From positions 37,820,001 to 37,884,000 of the forward strand of contig OZ024752.1 in the NCBI GenBank assembly GCA_964016885.1: a DNA stretch of 64,000 bases. The letters are read 5' to 3'. Origin of the DNA: Eledone cirrhosa. Its lineage: Eukaryota. This document shows, piece after piece, positions 50,215-63,762 of this stretch (the first letter of the stretch is position 1; each line of letters opens with the position of its first letter). The translations under genes were made by a program, and so were the position numbers. The notes below the pieces were generated by a model, which was not told the origin of the DNA, did no database searches, and saw only the letters and a program-made list of their open reading frames with translations.

Positions 50215-51459
50215 CTAGATAAATATTTGATAAGTACAATGATACACTAGTATGAATCTTACTCTATTGAACTGGAGTAACTATAACACATTATACAATT
50301 TTTTCAAGTTTCTATTAAAAGATTATTCATACTTATTCTGTTTATCATTTTTACCATCAAGTAGTTAAGGCTCTCATATTTCTGAAAGTGTAGCTTTATT
50401 GCTTTAAAACCCACTGAATTTTATCATAAAAGATGTCATTTCCTTTTCAAGAAACAAGCGTTTTAAGGCCATTTCTCCGATAAAACAGAGGTAAGCCTTG
50501 CAGGCCCCATGAAATTCTTTTAGGGGCAATGTTTTACAGCCAGATGCTCTTTTTGCTACCAACCTTATCCTCTCGCCTAACACATGGATATGGTGTACCT
50601 ATTCTAAACCATATAGTTGATTACACCAACAGATGACAAAACTATCTTATTTTATGACTAATCTGAAGTTGTATACCACTCACTAACTACTGCTCATATA
50701 AAGATTCTAAGATGATCTCATAATATATTAAGAAACGTCTTGTATGTTTCCATAAGTTATTTGGATAAATTGTTTTGTAATACCAACAATATCACAATCT
50801 ACAATTTTTATTCAATTTCTCTAAAGCTATTTAATTTTAGCATAAAATCATAAAATAAATCCAAATTGGACAATAGGCATGTATTGTTTAAAACATTAAA
50901 AATCTATGCACGATAACGCCTCTGGTATCACTGACTCAGGATGACCCCAGTCTCATAGACTAAGAGCCCTGACTATTAGTACCAGCTTCAACATAAAATT
51001 ACTTTAACCCCCTTTAGCATTCACATTATTCTATATATACTATTATATTTTCATGGTAAAGGCTTCACCTCACATAATATCGAATCTATGAGATTTTGAA
51101 AGTATTTATTTTGAGAACAATACCTTAACATCAGTTTGAGTGACCAGTTACAGCCAGTTTTAACAGAAAAAAAGTAGAGAATTCTGGCCGGTTTGAACAT
51201 TAAAGGGTTAACAAAGTATATCTGATTTTCGACAACAAACCACGTGTGGACATGAATGAAAAAATAAATCACTACATCCCTTAGGGATCACAGTAAGTAC
51301 TTCACAAAATCTATAAACAAAAAAATATACACACAGATTTATATATAGATACATACCACACACAAGGGAAAAGAAACCACAGCCAATCTTACATACATTA
51401 TGAAACCATTCTGAATATTGACTTCACTTCTAACCCACATACACCTTTTAATTATATAT

Positions 51460-52590
51460 ATATCATCATCATCATCATCTTTTAAAGTCCGTGTTCCACG
51501 CTTGCATGGGTTTGGACGGGAGTTTTCCCACTTGAGGCAAGAGTGGTTGTCTTGCTCGCATAGGACTGTCTGGCGGGTTTTCTACAGCTGGATGCCCTTC
51601 CTAACACCAACCACATTTACAGTGTGGGACTGGGAGGTTTTACCGTGTTGCCTACAAGGCCACATTACAGCGTGGACTGTGTGTTTTTTTGTCGTGACAT
51701 CTACACGATCTCATTTGTTTCGGCCTGGATGTTGTGGCACCAACATAACTTTACATTGAAAGGGGCTGTGTGGATGGGGTGGGGGTGGTGGGAGGGGGGT
51801 GTATTTTGTTAGAGATGCCTACTGACTGTAGTAGGTTTTACTTTGTATTTAGGTAAGGCGGGTCTTCTCTATTACTGAGTACCGCCAAAGATCTCGGTCC
51901 AGTGACATTGTCTTGGAGAGGTGTGAGGTCGGAATTTATCAGGTCGTCCCAGGTTTTTCTGGGTCTGCCTACTCCGTGGCTACCGTCTATCTTTATTGCC
52001 CTGCACTTTGCTATACAGCTGTCGTCTTTCATGCGCATCACGTGACCATACCAACGTAGCCTTCTCTCGAGTAAACAACATCTGATCCCTCTTATTTCTA
52101 ATTTTTCCTTTAGTTCGTTTATGCTTTGCCGTTCACGTATATTACTATTACACATCCAGCGGAGCATGCAAGCTTCGTTCCTCTCTAGTCTGCGTGTATC
52201 CTCTGCACACAATGCCCAGGTCTCACTGCCATGCAACATTGCTGTTCGTATGCAGGCATCATACAGCCTGCCTTTCATTTTTAGGGAGAACCCTTTAGCG
52301 GCTAATAGTGGTATAAGCTCTCTGAACTTTTTCCATCCAGTTCTGACTCTAGCTACTGTACTTTCAGAGCACCCTCCCCCACTGCTGATTTTGTCACCCA
52401 GGTAACGGAAGCTGTCCACTATTTCTATAGAACCCTCTGCGCAATTGAAAGAGCTAGTATTTTGTGGGCACTTGCTGCTACTTATTGCACCAGAGCACCG
52501 GCCACATGTAAAATCTATGTTCTTAGTTAGCTTACCTATGATCCCACTACATCTTTTATGCACCCATACTTTGCATTTGGGACATAAAAT
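51460..52590 (-). mobile_element. RTE-clade LINE fragment with 3' UTR and (ATG)n tail
   Basis: 259-aa ORF with WVHKRCSGI, DSFRYLGD, GRLYDACIRTAMLHGSETW, RRLRWYGHVMR, GRPRKTW. Confidence 0.9.
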
Positions 52591-52607
52591 GGAAGATATA
52601 ATTATAT

Positions 52608-53007
52608 ATGGAGGCACATGGCTTAGTGGTTAGAGCATTGGCCTTACAATCGAAAGGTTGTGAGTTCAATTCTCAGACCGGGTGATGTGTTGTTTCCTTG
52701 AGCAAGACACTTTATTTCACATTGCTCCAGTTTACTCAGCTGTAGAAATGAGATGATAGGAACTGGGGTCCCTATCATTTCCCTGCAAAGTGGTGGTGGA
52801 AGTGCCACGGCAAAAAAGCACCCAGCCCACACTGTAAAGTAGTCGTGTAGGCGCCACGGAAAAAAAAAAAGCACCCAGCACTCACTGTAAATGAGGTTGG
52901 TGTTAGGAAGGGCATCCAGCTGTAGAAATCAAGCCAGAATCAGTTCCTGTCCCACCCTTGCAAGCAAGGAAAAGCGGACGTAAAATGATGATGATGATGA
53001 TGATGAT
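52608..53007 (+). mobile_element. Full-length SINE family A with an extra internal module, between RTE and CR1 fragments
   Basis: Same head, CORE and tail. Confidence 0.85.
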
Positions 53008-53029
53008 ATATTCGTGTGCAGATCTTTTT

Positions 53030-54420
53030 GCATACACACACGCAATACAGAAACATCTTTTTGACTCCAACGTCATAAGTATCGACCCTGACTTCATTAC
53101 AGTCATGGAAACATGGGCACACTCCTTACTCTGTGATGGGGTTTTCAGCATAACTGGCTACAACTTGTTTCAGAAAGACAGGATTAATCATTGTGGTGGT
53201 AGTGTAATGGTCTACGTTCATTCAAACTTTTCAGCAATTCCTTGTGTTGATTTGAACCAATTGCAGCAAGAAGTATTTTTCTGTGATATACGTATGACCA
53301 TGAAACACTGCTATTTGGAGTCATGGTTCTAGGACAGCATCCTCACCGTATGAGATGTCATCTGGTGTACCACAGGGATCTGTTCTTGGCCCCCTTTTGT
53401 TTGTGGCATATATTAATGACATAGATGCCAACTTAAAGAATGCCACAGTACTGAAATATGCAGATGACACCTTGAAATAAAAAAGACAGATCCTGAACAC
53501 TACAGATCTTTCCTGCAATCAAACCTGGACACAATGCAACAATGGATCACAGACTGGCAACTCTAGTTGGCTGTGGACAAGTGTACCACCATGCATTTTG
53601 GGAGTAAAAACCCAGCGTCCACATACTCCCTCCACAACACTAATATCAAGAAGTCTTCTTGTGAACGTAACCTGGGCATTACTGTCAGCAGCGATTTGCG
53701 TTGGACAAAGCACATCTCTAAAATTGTCAAGACGGCCGAGGGTCTCTTAGCATAACTCAGCAAGACCTTAGTCAGTCGCTCTCCAGCTATCTATTTAAAG
53801 CTGTATATAGCTATGGTGTGGCCACACTTAGAATTTGCATCACCAGTCTGGAACCCCTATCTTGCTCAGAACATTGACCGCCTTGAAATTGTTCAGAGAC
53901 GTGCAACCAAGCGAATACCCTCCATCAGGCATCTACCATACTCTGAATGCCTTGCTTCCCTGGACATGGATACATTGAAGCTCCAATGTCTGGCAACTGA
54001 CTTGGTAAACACCCACAAAATTATTAACCATCTTGCAAAGAACAACCTGGAGCACCTTTTTGATTTCCATGTGTCTAACACACTTGGGCATGCCAACAAA
54101 GTCAGAAAACAGCACAGTTCTCATGACTTTCAGAAACATTTTTTCACGCTCAGGGTTGCTGAATCATGGAACTAACTACCTGCATTGTTAGCTGTCGAGA
54201 CACTGCATCCTTTAAAACCTCCATGCTTCCAGAGATTCGCCAACACTACACCTAATACCCCCCCCCCCCCCCCATACACATGCACACATGTATTTCATGA
54301 CTCGTACACTGTTCATTTTCCTGACATTTGTATATTATTCTATGTACCATATATGCACCTTTGATGAGTTGTAGTGTACCTGAGCACTGTACACAATAAT
54401 TTCATTATTATTATTATAAT
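53030..54420 (+). mobile_element. Internally deleted CR1-clade LINE (APE endonuclease fragment joined to RT C-terminus, (ATT)n tail)
   Basis: ITVMETW...ITGYNLFQKDR...GGSVMVYV; [42 protein letters not shown]. Confidence 0.88.
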
Positions 54421-54599
54421 AAATAATGAAGCACCCTATCAGAGAGAATGTTAAATATGAAGATCAATAAATTTGTTTATTATAACAAATTATCGTTAAA
54501 AGATATATAAAATTTGAATTCTGAAACTAAAATGGAATAAAAACAGACAAACATAAAGCCTAAGTATTTTGTTATTACAGTACCAGTGATTAGAAAAAG

Positions 54600-54990
54600 A
54601 TAGAGCCATTAGGTATATGGTAAAGACACCAGTCTATACAGAGTTATAATAGAGCTGTCAGGTATAGGGTAAACATACAAGTTTATACAGCGTTATAATA
54701 GACTCATCAGGTATTTGGTAAACATACAAGTCTACGCAGTTATATTAGAGCTATCAGGTATATGGTAAAGATACAAGTCTATACAGAGTTACAATAGAGC
54801 TATCAGGTGTATGGTAAATATACAAGTCTATACAGAGTTACAATAGAGTCATCAGGTATATGGTAAACATACAAGTCTATACAGAGTTATATTAGAGCTA
54901 TCAGGTATATGGTAAACATACAAGTCTATACAGTTATATTAGAGCTGTCAGGTATAAGGTAAAGATACAAGTTCATACAGAATTATAAAA
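54600..54990. repeat. ~48-bp minisatellite, about 8 units
   Basis: agagctatcaggtatatggtaaacatacaagtctatacagagttataat. Confidence 0.9.
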
Positions 54991-55354
54991 GTTTAGTTCA
55001 CAATTTCAAAATCTTTCAAATAGCAGGAGACTTAATACACAATACACCTACAGTACTATACTTTTAAAAAGAGGGACATCAAATTAAAATACATGACTAT
55101 CTACCAGTAAATCAACATTCTTTAAGTCAATAAACTGCTTTGAATTTAGAACTAACAAGAAGCAAAGAGAAAAAATAATAAAATAAATATAAAAATTTGA
55201 AAAGAAGCTAGCATAGCGATATAGTTAAGAATTTGCTTAGGAGCCATATTGTTCCCAGTTTGATCCTACTGTGTGCACTTTGGGCAAGTATCTTCTAAGT
55301 GAAAATTGGTAGCTCAAAACTGTGTGTGTGTATATATATAGATAGATAGATAGA

Positions 55355-55620
55355 TAGAATAAGAAAATGCAAAGTAGCTTCAGATGTTAGAGTCCATTAT
55401 TGATAAGGTTGTGATACATAGTTCAATGATGACAGTAACCACGCGATTCTACGTACCCAGTGCCATGATCTCATCAGACGGCTTCTAACATAATAAGGTT
55501 ACATTCTCGAGGCAATCCAAGTTATGTAAGAAGTGGTCACTGTTGTCATTGAAATATGTATCACAGCCTTCTCAATAAAGGACTTTAACATCTGAAACTA
55601 CTTCGCATTTTCTTATTCTA
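55355..55620. repeat. Inverted repeat, ~88-bp arms, ~90-bp spacer
   Basis: tagaataagaaaatgc...gtaaccac versus gtggtcac...gcattttcttattcta. Confidence 0.85.
55407..55482 (-). ncRNA. Hammerhead-like motif (second family) inside an 88-bp-arm inverted repeat
   Basis: gccgt-CTGATGA-gatcatggca...tgtcatcatt-GAAC-t(atgt)a-TC-acaacc; the opposite arm retains GAAA-tatgta-TC-acagcc (55551-55568). Confidence 0.55.
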
Positions 55621-55694
55621 AATATACTCCATTATTCCTATGTGTAAAAAGTCTATAGAGTGCTTGAATTGAATTGTCTCAATGTTTACTGTAA

Positions 55695-55695
<1 letters not shown>

Positions 55696-55752
<57 letters not shown>

Positions 55753-55912
55753 GTATATATATATATGTATATATATATATGTATATATATATGTATATAT
55801 GTATATATATATATATATATATATAAATATAAAGATATATATATATAAATAAAAATATATATATAAATATAAATGTATATAAATATATATATATATAAAT
55901 ATAAATACATGT

Positions 55913-55945
<33 letters not shown>

Positions 55946-55957
55946 TATAAATACATG

Positions 55958-56029
<72 letters not shown>

Positions 56030-56428
56030 TATATAAATATGTATATATGTATATATAAATATATAAATATATATATATAAATATATATAAATATGTATAT
56101 GAATATATGTATATATAAATATGTATATAAATATATATATATATAAATATAAATATATATATAAATATATGTATATATAAATATGTATATAAATATATAT
56201 ATATAAATATAAATATATATAAATATATATATAAATATATATAAATATATAAATATATATAAATATATAAATATATATAAATATATATATATATAAATAA
56301 ATAAATATATATAAATATATATATATATAAACATATAAATATATATATATAAATATATATATATAAATTTATATATATATAAATATATATATATATAAAT
56401 ATATATAAATATATATATAAATATATAT

Positions 56429-56487
<59 letters not shown>

Positions 56488-56583
56488 AATATATTATTTA
56501 GCCTGATAGTGGGGTTAAGAACCCTCAGAGAAATGGAAAAAGATGAGTATTGACGTACGTCAATACTCATCTTTTCAATACTC

Positions 56584-56656
<73 letters not shown>

Positions 56657-56911
56657 AATATAAATATATATATATAAATATAAATATATATATAAATAAA
56701 TATATATATATAAATATATATAAATAAATATATATATATATATATATAAATAAATATATATATATAAATAAATATATATATATAAATAAATATATATATA
56801 TAAATAAATATATATATATATAAATATATATATATATAAATATAAATAAATATATATATATAAATAAATATATATATATATAAATATATATATATATAAA
56901 TAAATAAATAT

Positions 56912-56942
<31 letters not shown>

Positions 56943-57153
56943 AATATATATTATATATATAAATATATATATATATAAATATATATTATATATATAAATA
57001 TATATATATATATTTATATATATATATATATATATATATAAATATATATATAAATATATATATATATAAATATATATATATAAATATATATATATATAAA
57101 AATATATATATAAATATATATAAATATATATATAAATATATATATAAATATAT
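55696..57153. repeat. 1.45-kb (TA)n/(TAAA) compound microsatellite with a ~90-bp unique island
   Basis: Direct reading. Confidence 0.95.
56538..56575. repeat. Perfect 38-bp palindrome in a short unique island within a 1.4-kb (TA)n tract
   Basis: aaaagatgagtattgacgt|acgtcaatactcatctttt. Confidence 0.9.
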
Positions 57154-58604
57154 ACACAATTGTAAGGTTGGTTGTAGGAAGAGCATCCAGCTGTAGACAC
57201 CATGTGCAAAAAAAGGCATGAGAGGACTCATATGACAGACCTTGAAGCCAGTGCCTGAGCATTACTGCAGTAGAATTGCCAAAACCAGTAAGAGAAATAA
57301 AAGGAAAGTGTGTAGAAATGAAGCTTGCAGTGTGATTGATATAAAATCATTATGCGGATATGGTTTTAAGCTAATTTCTCCTAAAGTTCTTAGTCAAGAA
57401 CAAACACGTGCACGCATGCATGCATACACACCCATACATACATACATCTTACTAGATATCAAGTTAAACGATCACTGCAGCTGAAGCATAATGGAATACT
57501 CATCAATGAAGAATCCTCCTAGCCAGCTGCTTTGATGATAATTGTTTCTACTTTTGGCACAAGGCCAGCAATTATCCCAGTGCATTACTGGTACTTTATT
57601 TTATCGACCCTGTAAGGATGAAAGGCAAAGTATGACATCCGACCTTCTACCAATACTGCCAATCCAGTCTGTCACCAAGACAACATAAAAATGCCAATGT
57701 GCAATTCAAATATTAAATCTGATTCTTTGTAAAATTCAGTAATATAGAAGAAAGTGTATCTGCACATATATATTAATGGTGGAAACACAATTAATATATA
57801 ACACTCAATCGTCAAGATTCCAAACTTTACTCACTTAATGAGGGTGGGGTGGGGTGGAGCTCGTTAAATTGGAATTGAGGAAACAATGTTTCCATTGGTC
57901 TTTCCAATTGATAATACTATCTTCTGGTCACAAATCCAGGCTGAAGGAGCAACTTGAAATAAAGAAAGTGTCTTGCTCAAGGACATAACGCATCACCCGG
58001 TCCGGAAATCAAACTCACAACCTCACGATTGCCAATCCAATTCTCTATCCACTCAGCCACATGCCTTCTCACCATTAATATATCCCCAAAATTGGCATCA
58101 CATATGGCTTGTATTGATAAATTATCGCTTGAGAAATCTAAAGAATGTGAGGTTCACCGCAAGGTTCTATTGTAGTCATCCACGGCTTTAGACATTAAGC
58201 ATTTCTGTTGATTTGAAATCTTCAAAGAACACATAGCAGGGTCATTATTTAGAGATTATTAGATATTGTGATGTTAGAAAAGTTGGTGGCTAACTAATAC
58301 TAACACATGGAACAAACAATTAAGCTGATTTCTCAATTAGACTTTGTAGCTGTTGAGACATCCATGCCTTTCTCAAAATCATTATCTATGTTGTTTGACT
58401 GTAGAATTAAAACAGTGTATTCTAAATTAAAGATATGGGGAAAAACCATTTTAAATTGTAATGTAGTTCAAAATTAATATTTGAGCTAATAATTGCAGTG
58501 TGGTACAAAAATGTATCAATGAAAACTTAACACTTAAGATACATAGACACACAAACAGAGACACACAGACAGACAGACAGCAAAATGGAGATATGAAAAC
58601 TTAC

Positions 58605-59017
58605 TCTCCATATAGGAAGGGGGAGGGGACGGTGGATGACGACCGCGTCCCTGATGACCTTCTGGCGTATGTGCACAGAATGAATAGGGTAGTGGTACAA
58701 ACTTGTGTTTTTTGTCAGGATAAGCGCTGACCATTCGGTGATGGGGTCCCTGAAAGGTTGGTGGAGGTGATACTATAGGGGGTCCTGGAGTGGGTCCTGA
58801 TGAGGGTCCTGATGTGGGTCCTGGAGTGGGTCCTGGAGGGGGTTCTTGAAGGGGTCCTTGAGGGGGTCCTTGAAGGTATTCTTGAGAGTATCTTTGAGGG
58901 TATTCTTCAGGGTATCCTTGAGGGTCTTCTTGAGGGTATTCTTGAGGATATTCTTGAGGGTATTCTTGAGGGTATTCTTGAGAATATTCTTGAGGGGATC
59001 CTTTTCCCAGACTCATT
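58605..59017 (-). CDS. Exon of an unidentified gene: (QEYP)n then Pro/Gly-rich region ending in a PPxY motif (PPPSY)
   Basis: Acceptor ttttcttgtatccgttgtag| immediately before aATG (59016), strong donor |gtaagt after 58605; only one of three frames is open. Confidence 0.7.
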
Positions 59018-59214
59018 CTACAACGGATACAAGAAAATAACCATAGTATTCACTACTCAGAAAAGCAAACAATTTAGCAATAAATAAATAAAAAGCATTC
59101 TAAATATAAAGTTTCAAAGCAAAGCAAAAAGTGAAGAAAAAAGTTAGATTAGAAGGCCAACTGAAAATAAAGAAACAGAAAATATTGCAGAGCAATGTTA
59201 ATAGTGAGCATTAT

Positions 59215-59443
59215 TTAACCCTTTAGCATTCACATTACTTTATATTTACTGTTGTATTTTCATGGTAAAGGCTTTACCTCTCATAATTATCTCACATAAT
59301 ATTGAATCTATACGATTTTGATATTATTTATTTTGAGAACAATACCTTAACATCAGTATGAGTGGCTGGTTAGAGCCAGTTTAGACAGAAAGAGGTGAGA
59401 GAATTCTGGCCGGATACGGCTGGTTTAAATGCTAAAGGGTTAA
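59215..59443. mobile_element. piggyBac-type MITE (TTAA-CCCTTTAGCATT...AATGCTAAAGGG-TTAA); ~10 copies (8977-9178, 13722-13928, 33749-33963, 39830-39972, 41987-42199, 48436-48577, 48948-49126, 51004-51211, 60643-60871)
   Basis: Terminal inverted repeats beginning CCCT flanked by TTAA target duplications; conserved internal sequence. Confidence 0.8.
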
Positions 59444-61539
59444 AAGTGCTGTTACAGGATTTCCCTTTATTCATCAAATAGTTGTAACATTTATCTGACA
59501 CAACTATATTGAATTAACGAAATAGCCTAACTCAAATGAATCTCCAGTTTAATAGACTATTTCAATGAGTATCACAATTCTCAGTATGAAAGTCAAATTA
59601 TTTAAGTTGGTGTGCTGTCATTGTGAGAAGAAATTTCTACACTTTTGGATAGTTTTGTACATCCTTGCTGAATGAAATACAAGACAGCCCCTCCATTCTC
59701 TCACTCAGAAAGGATGCACTATACTTTCTTCTTCCATGAAAGAAGACTTTGTCTAAGACACCAGGAACTTCCCCTCTCATATGATAGCATACTAACTTAA
59801 GTAATTTTACTTTTTTTGCCAATATACAATGCCATTAGTCTCCTTCAGTTTTTTTATGACTTTCACAATTTTAGATTTTTAGTTGAACATTTTACTTAAA
59901 TTTGCTTGGGAAAAAATATTTGTTAGTCTAAAAGACAGTTCTATATAACCATTTCCAAACCCTCCAATAGTACTTAGTTGGCAAGGGAAAATAAGTAGGC
60001 CATTACTAAGCGTGATTGGAGAATTGATGAAGTGTTGAAGTAGATCTAAATTGACATAATGTGGAATGAGAGCAGCAGCAATACATGTTATCATGTAGCA
60101 ACCTATTGGAAAGCTTCTAATCTTCAGCATAGTAAGAGCTGAGTGCAGCATAATGGCAACTATATTGTCACACCTGGCGTTGTCATCGGGTTGATGTAAA
60201 AGAACAACAGCATTGCTTTTTTTCACGGCTTTGAAGAGTAAGAGAGTAAGGCAGAATCAGCATAACTAAAAAAGAAAATTTTGTTAAAGGACAACTATCT
60301 ATGCTTCAGTATTTGAAAGTGAAGAATGAAACAAGTATGTTTGTGATATAAAGAATTTAAGTCAGGTTTATGAATTGAAGCAGACTGACTGTTGTATCAA
60401 ATGGTGTTAAGTAGATTTTATATTCTTAAACTCCCTATTCTCAAACCTGTTAACAAAAGGATATTAGCAATTATTTTAATGGTCATTTCTAAGATTAATT
60501 TATGCATATTTGCATGCTTGTTTTCAATTATTGTTAGCATGTGCTCCTATTACTAACAACATGGAATATTTGTTATGTCCTCTAATACTTATTGACCTTA
60601 CAATTTACACTAAAGATATAAAGAAATGTATTCAGCTTTGACTTAACCCTTTAGCATTTACATTACTCTATATTTAATATTACATTTTCGTGGTAAACAC
60701 TTTATCATACATAATTATCTCATATAATATCGAATATATAAGATTTTTATATTAGTTATTTTGAGAACAATACCTTAACATCAATATGAATGTCTGGTTA
60801 TGGCCAGTTTGAACAGAAAGAGGTGAGAGAATTGTGGCTGGACACAGATGGTTTAAATGCTAAAGTGTTAAACAATAGTTGACACACCCTAACATTGATG
60901 AATGGTTAAAAAGCTGCCTTAACAATCCTAAGGTCCTGGGTTTGACCCCCTTCCTCTACCACTGCTTGACATCTTGGGCAAATATCATTCACCAGAGCTA
61001 CCCCAGGTCAACCCAAACCTTGAGATTGGAACTGGGTAGACAGTGACTGTTTGGAAGCCAATCAGATGGACACTACCTGTAAGTCACAGGGCGGCTATAT
61101 TACACACTGTCATAGCTCTCCACTTGTCACGGTCCTTTGTCATCTCCACCATGAGCTTCAGCGATCTGAGGTCTGTTCTCACCACCTCCGCCCATGTTTT
61201 TCGTGGTCTACCTCTACCACATGTGTATAAATATTTATTATTTTTCTGTAATTTTCAAATTTTTTAACATTTTTATAGTGAGGCTTACAATTTATAAACT
61301 GTAGTTATCTATATTTATCTCATGTTTTCTATTACATGCTGTGTTGTGGATAAATATTATTTTAAAGATATTTTAACAACTTTCCTTGTGTCAGCCAATT
61401 GGTTGAGGAACTTACAATGTCTTGATACAAAAAACAAATAAACAAACAAAACAACTTTTTGCCTTGATATATAAGGGTCTCTACACCTTATAAAACTTAA
61501 TACATACACAAACATATTACAGCTTAAGTTACCATAGTG

Positions 61540-61862
61540 AAACTGAAGTTAAAACAGGTAAAAATGTGAAGTATGTGTGGTTATCACAGGTAGAACTGAA
61601 GTAGGTGTGGTTAACATAGGTAGAACTAAAGCAGGTTTAATTAACACATGTAAACACATGTAAGGGGTAATTGATAGGTAGAACTGAAGTAGGGGGTTGT
61701 TAACACAGGTAGAACTAATGTAGCGGTTTGTTAACACAGGTAGAATTGTGAAATAGGGGGTAGTTCACACAGGTAGAACTTAAGTAGGGGGTAGTTAACA
61801 CAGGCAGAACTAAATTAAGGGGTAGTTAACACAGGTAGAAATGTGAAATAGGGTGTAGTTAT
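61540..61862. repeat. ~30-bp minisatellite, about 10 units
   Basis: aacacaggtagaactgaagtagggggtagtt variants. Confidence 0.85.
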
Positions 61863-62278
61863 AGGAGATCAATAGTTTGATCAAAGACTAAACAACAAAC
61901 AGAATGAAATAGATTTTAAATCATGGGACCAATGTTATTCCTAACATTTTTAACAACATTTTGAAATGCCGTTGAATTCTGAGAATACAAACATACTGAA
62001 ATGAAATATTACATTTAAACATATAAAGGGACATTGGTTTTCGGTAACATTAATGGATTTAATAAATATTTCGGAATATTTTAAGGCTGTAATAGAAAAA
62101 CTGCTGAAAAATGAAACTGTCATTTGATTCTATATCGGGTGATGTAATCTTTATTTTAGTTTGGTATTAAACCCAAATATAAATTACATTAGTTACCGTA
62201 GCAACAAATTAACATTCAGAGTACATCAACTTACAACACACACACACACACACATTATATATATATATATATATATAT

Positions 62279-62351
62279 ATAGGGTTGGTCAATTATGAAA
62301 TTTGTAGAACTTTGTATAAAAAAAAAATTTATACAAATTTCATACTTGGCA

Positions 62352-62357
<6 letters not shown>
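62279..62357. mobile_element. Tiny palindromic MITE (TAGGGTTG termini) inside (TA)n
   Basis: tagggttggtcaattatgaaatttgta / tacaaatttcatacttggcaacccta. Confidence 0.6.
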
Positions 62358-62413
<56 letters not shown>

Positions 62414-62704
62414 GGTAATTTTCATTTGCTGCTATATACTTTGGAATAAGCAATGTTTCTTCTCTGAAGATTCTAAGTAAATATCCCTCATAGCAATATA
62501 TATATACATACGTACGCACATATATATATATACATACATATATATATACATACGTATATATATACATACGTATGCACATATATGTATAGAACTGTTATAT
62601 TGCATAGATGAAACGCTGTGTAAGAAGTAAATTTTGTTTTTGAGTGTACTGCCTTCTCCATTTACTTTGCTTATAATATATATGTGTGTGTATATGTGTG
62701 TATA

Positions 62705-63050
62705 TGGAGGCACATGGCTTAGTGGTTAGAGCATTCGCCTTGCAATCGAAAGGTTGTGAGTTCAATTCTCAGACCGGGTGATGTGTTGTTTCCTTGAGCA
62801 AGACACTTTATTTCACATTGCTCCAGTTTACTCAGCTGTAGAAATGAGATGATAGGGACTGGGCTCCCTATCATTCCACTGCAAAGTGGTCGTGGAGGTG
62901 CCACGGCAAAAAAGCACGCAGCACTCACTGTAAATGAGGTTGGTGTTAGGAAGGGCATCCAGCTGTAGAAATCAAGCCAGAATCAGTTCCCGTCCCACCC
63001 TTGCAAGCAGGGAAAATGCGGACGTAAAATGAAATGAAAAATGAAAATGA
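62705..63050 (+). mobile_element. Full-length SINE family A
   Basis: Same head, CORE and tail; a diverged relative begins at ~63828 and runs off the window. Confidence 0.85.
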
Positions 63051-63374
63051 ATGTGTGTGTGTGTGCGTATACACACACACACACACGTGGAAGATGGACG
63101 TTAAACGATGATGATGATATATATCATCATCATCATCGTTTAACGTCCATCTTCCACGCTCGTATGGGTTAGACGGTTTTGCTCCATTTGATGCGGGAAC
63201 AGTCAGGGGGGACCTTATCTCGCTCGTACGGAAATGTCTCTGGCAGGTTTTTTTTACCAGAGACACTTCCGTACGAGCGAGACACACACACACACACACA
63301 CATACACATACACATACATATATATATATATACAATATTAAATAAATGGAAAGCTATATTTATAAAACCATATT

Positions 63375-63440
63375 TATTTCATTATATATATTTCGGGGAT
63401 ATCATATTAACAATATGCTATGCCTTCATCAGACAAAATA
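63375..63440 (-). ncRNA. Minimal hammerhead ribozyme motif, same family as 30020/30360
   Basis: tattttgt-CTGATGA-aggcatagcatatt(gtt)aatatgatatcccc-GAAA-t(atat)a-TA-atgaaata. Confidence 0.7.
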
Positions 63441-63559
63441 CAATATAAACAAATATTTGTCGAGTGCTTTTATATCAGTTATAAATATTTACTAGTTGTA
63501 ACCCAACAATTTTAAATATAACTTTACATGTATATATATATATATATATTTATAAATAT

Positions 63560-63762
63560 ATAGGAACGAGTAGGACCCCGACGGCTGAGCTCAAGCCGTC
63601 TCGACGGCTAATTCTGGACTAGAATTAGCAAGAATTAGCTGTCGAAACGGCTTGAGCTCAGCCGTCGGAGTCCTACTCGTTCCTATTACCCACTCTACTA
63701 CCCTAAGTATTGAGTACTTTGGTGCGTTATGGTCCACCTGGTTCCTTACCACATTTCCTTTG
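63560..63762. mobile_element. Second copy of the palindromic element at 45362
   Basis: Same architecture, with arm-matched substitutions relative to copy 1. Confidence 0.8.

Noticed and set aside
58156-58221. Possible exon (KCLMSKAVDDYNRTLR) just downstream of the PPxY exon
   Set aside because: Its open frame needs a phase-0 junction but the 58605 donor is phase 1, which gives an early stop; donor is weak.
59637-60265. Minus-strand ORFs 59879-60226 and 59637-59822 as protein-coding exons
   Set aside because: No recognisable domain; the exon-like segment 60173-60265 has stops in all three frames, so it is at most a 5' UTR exon.
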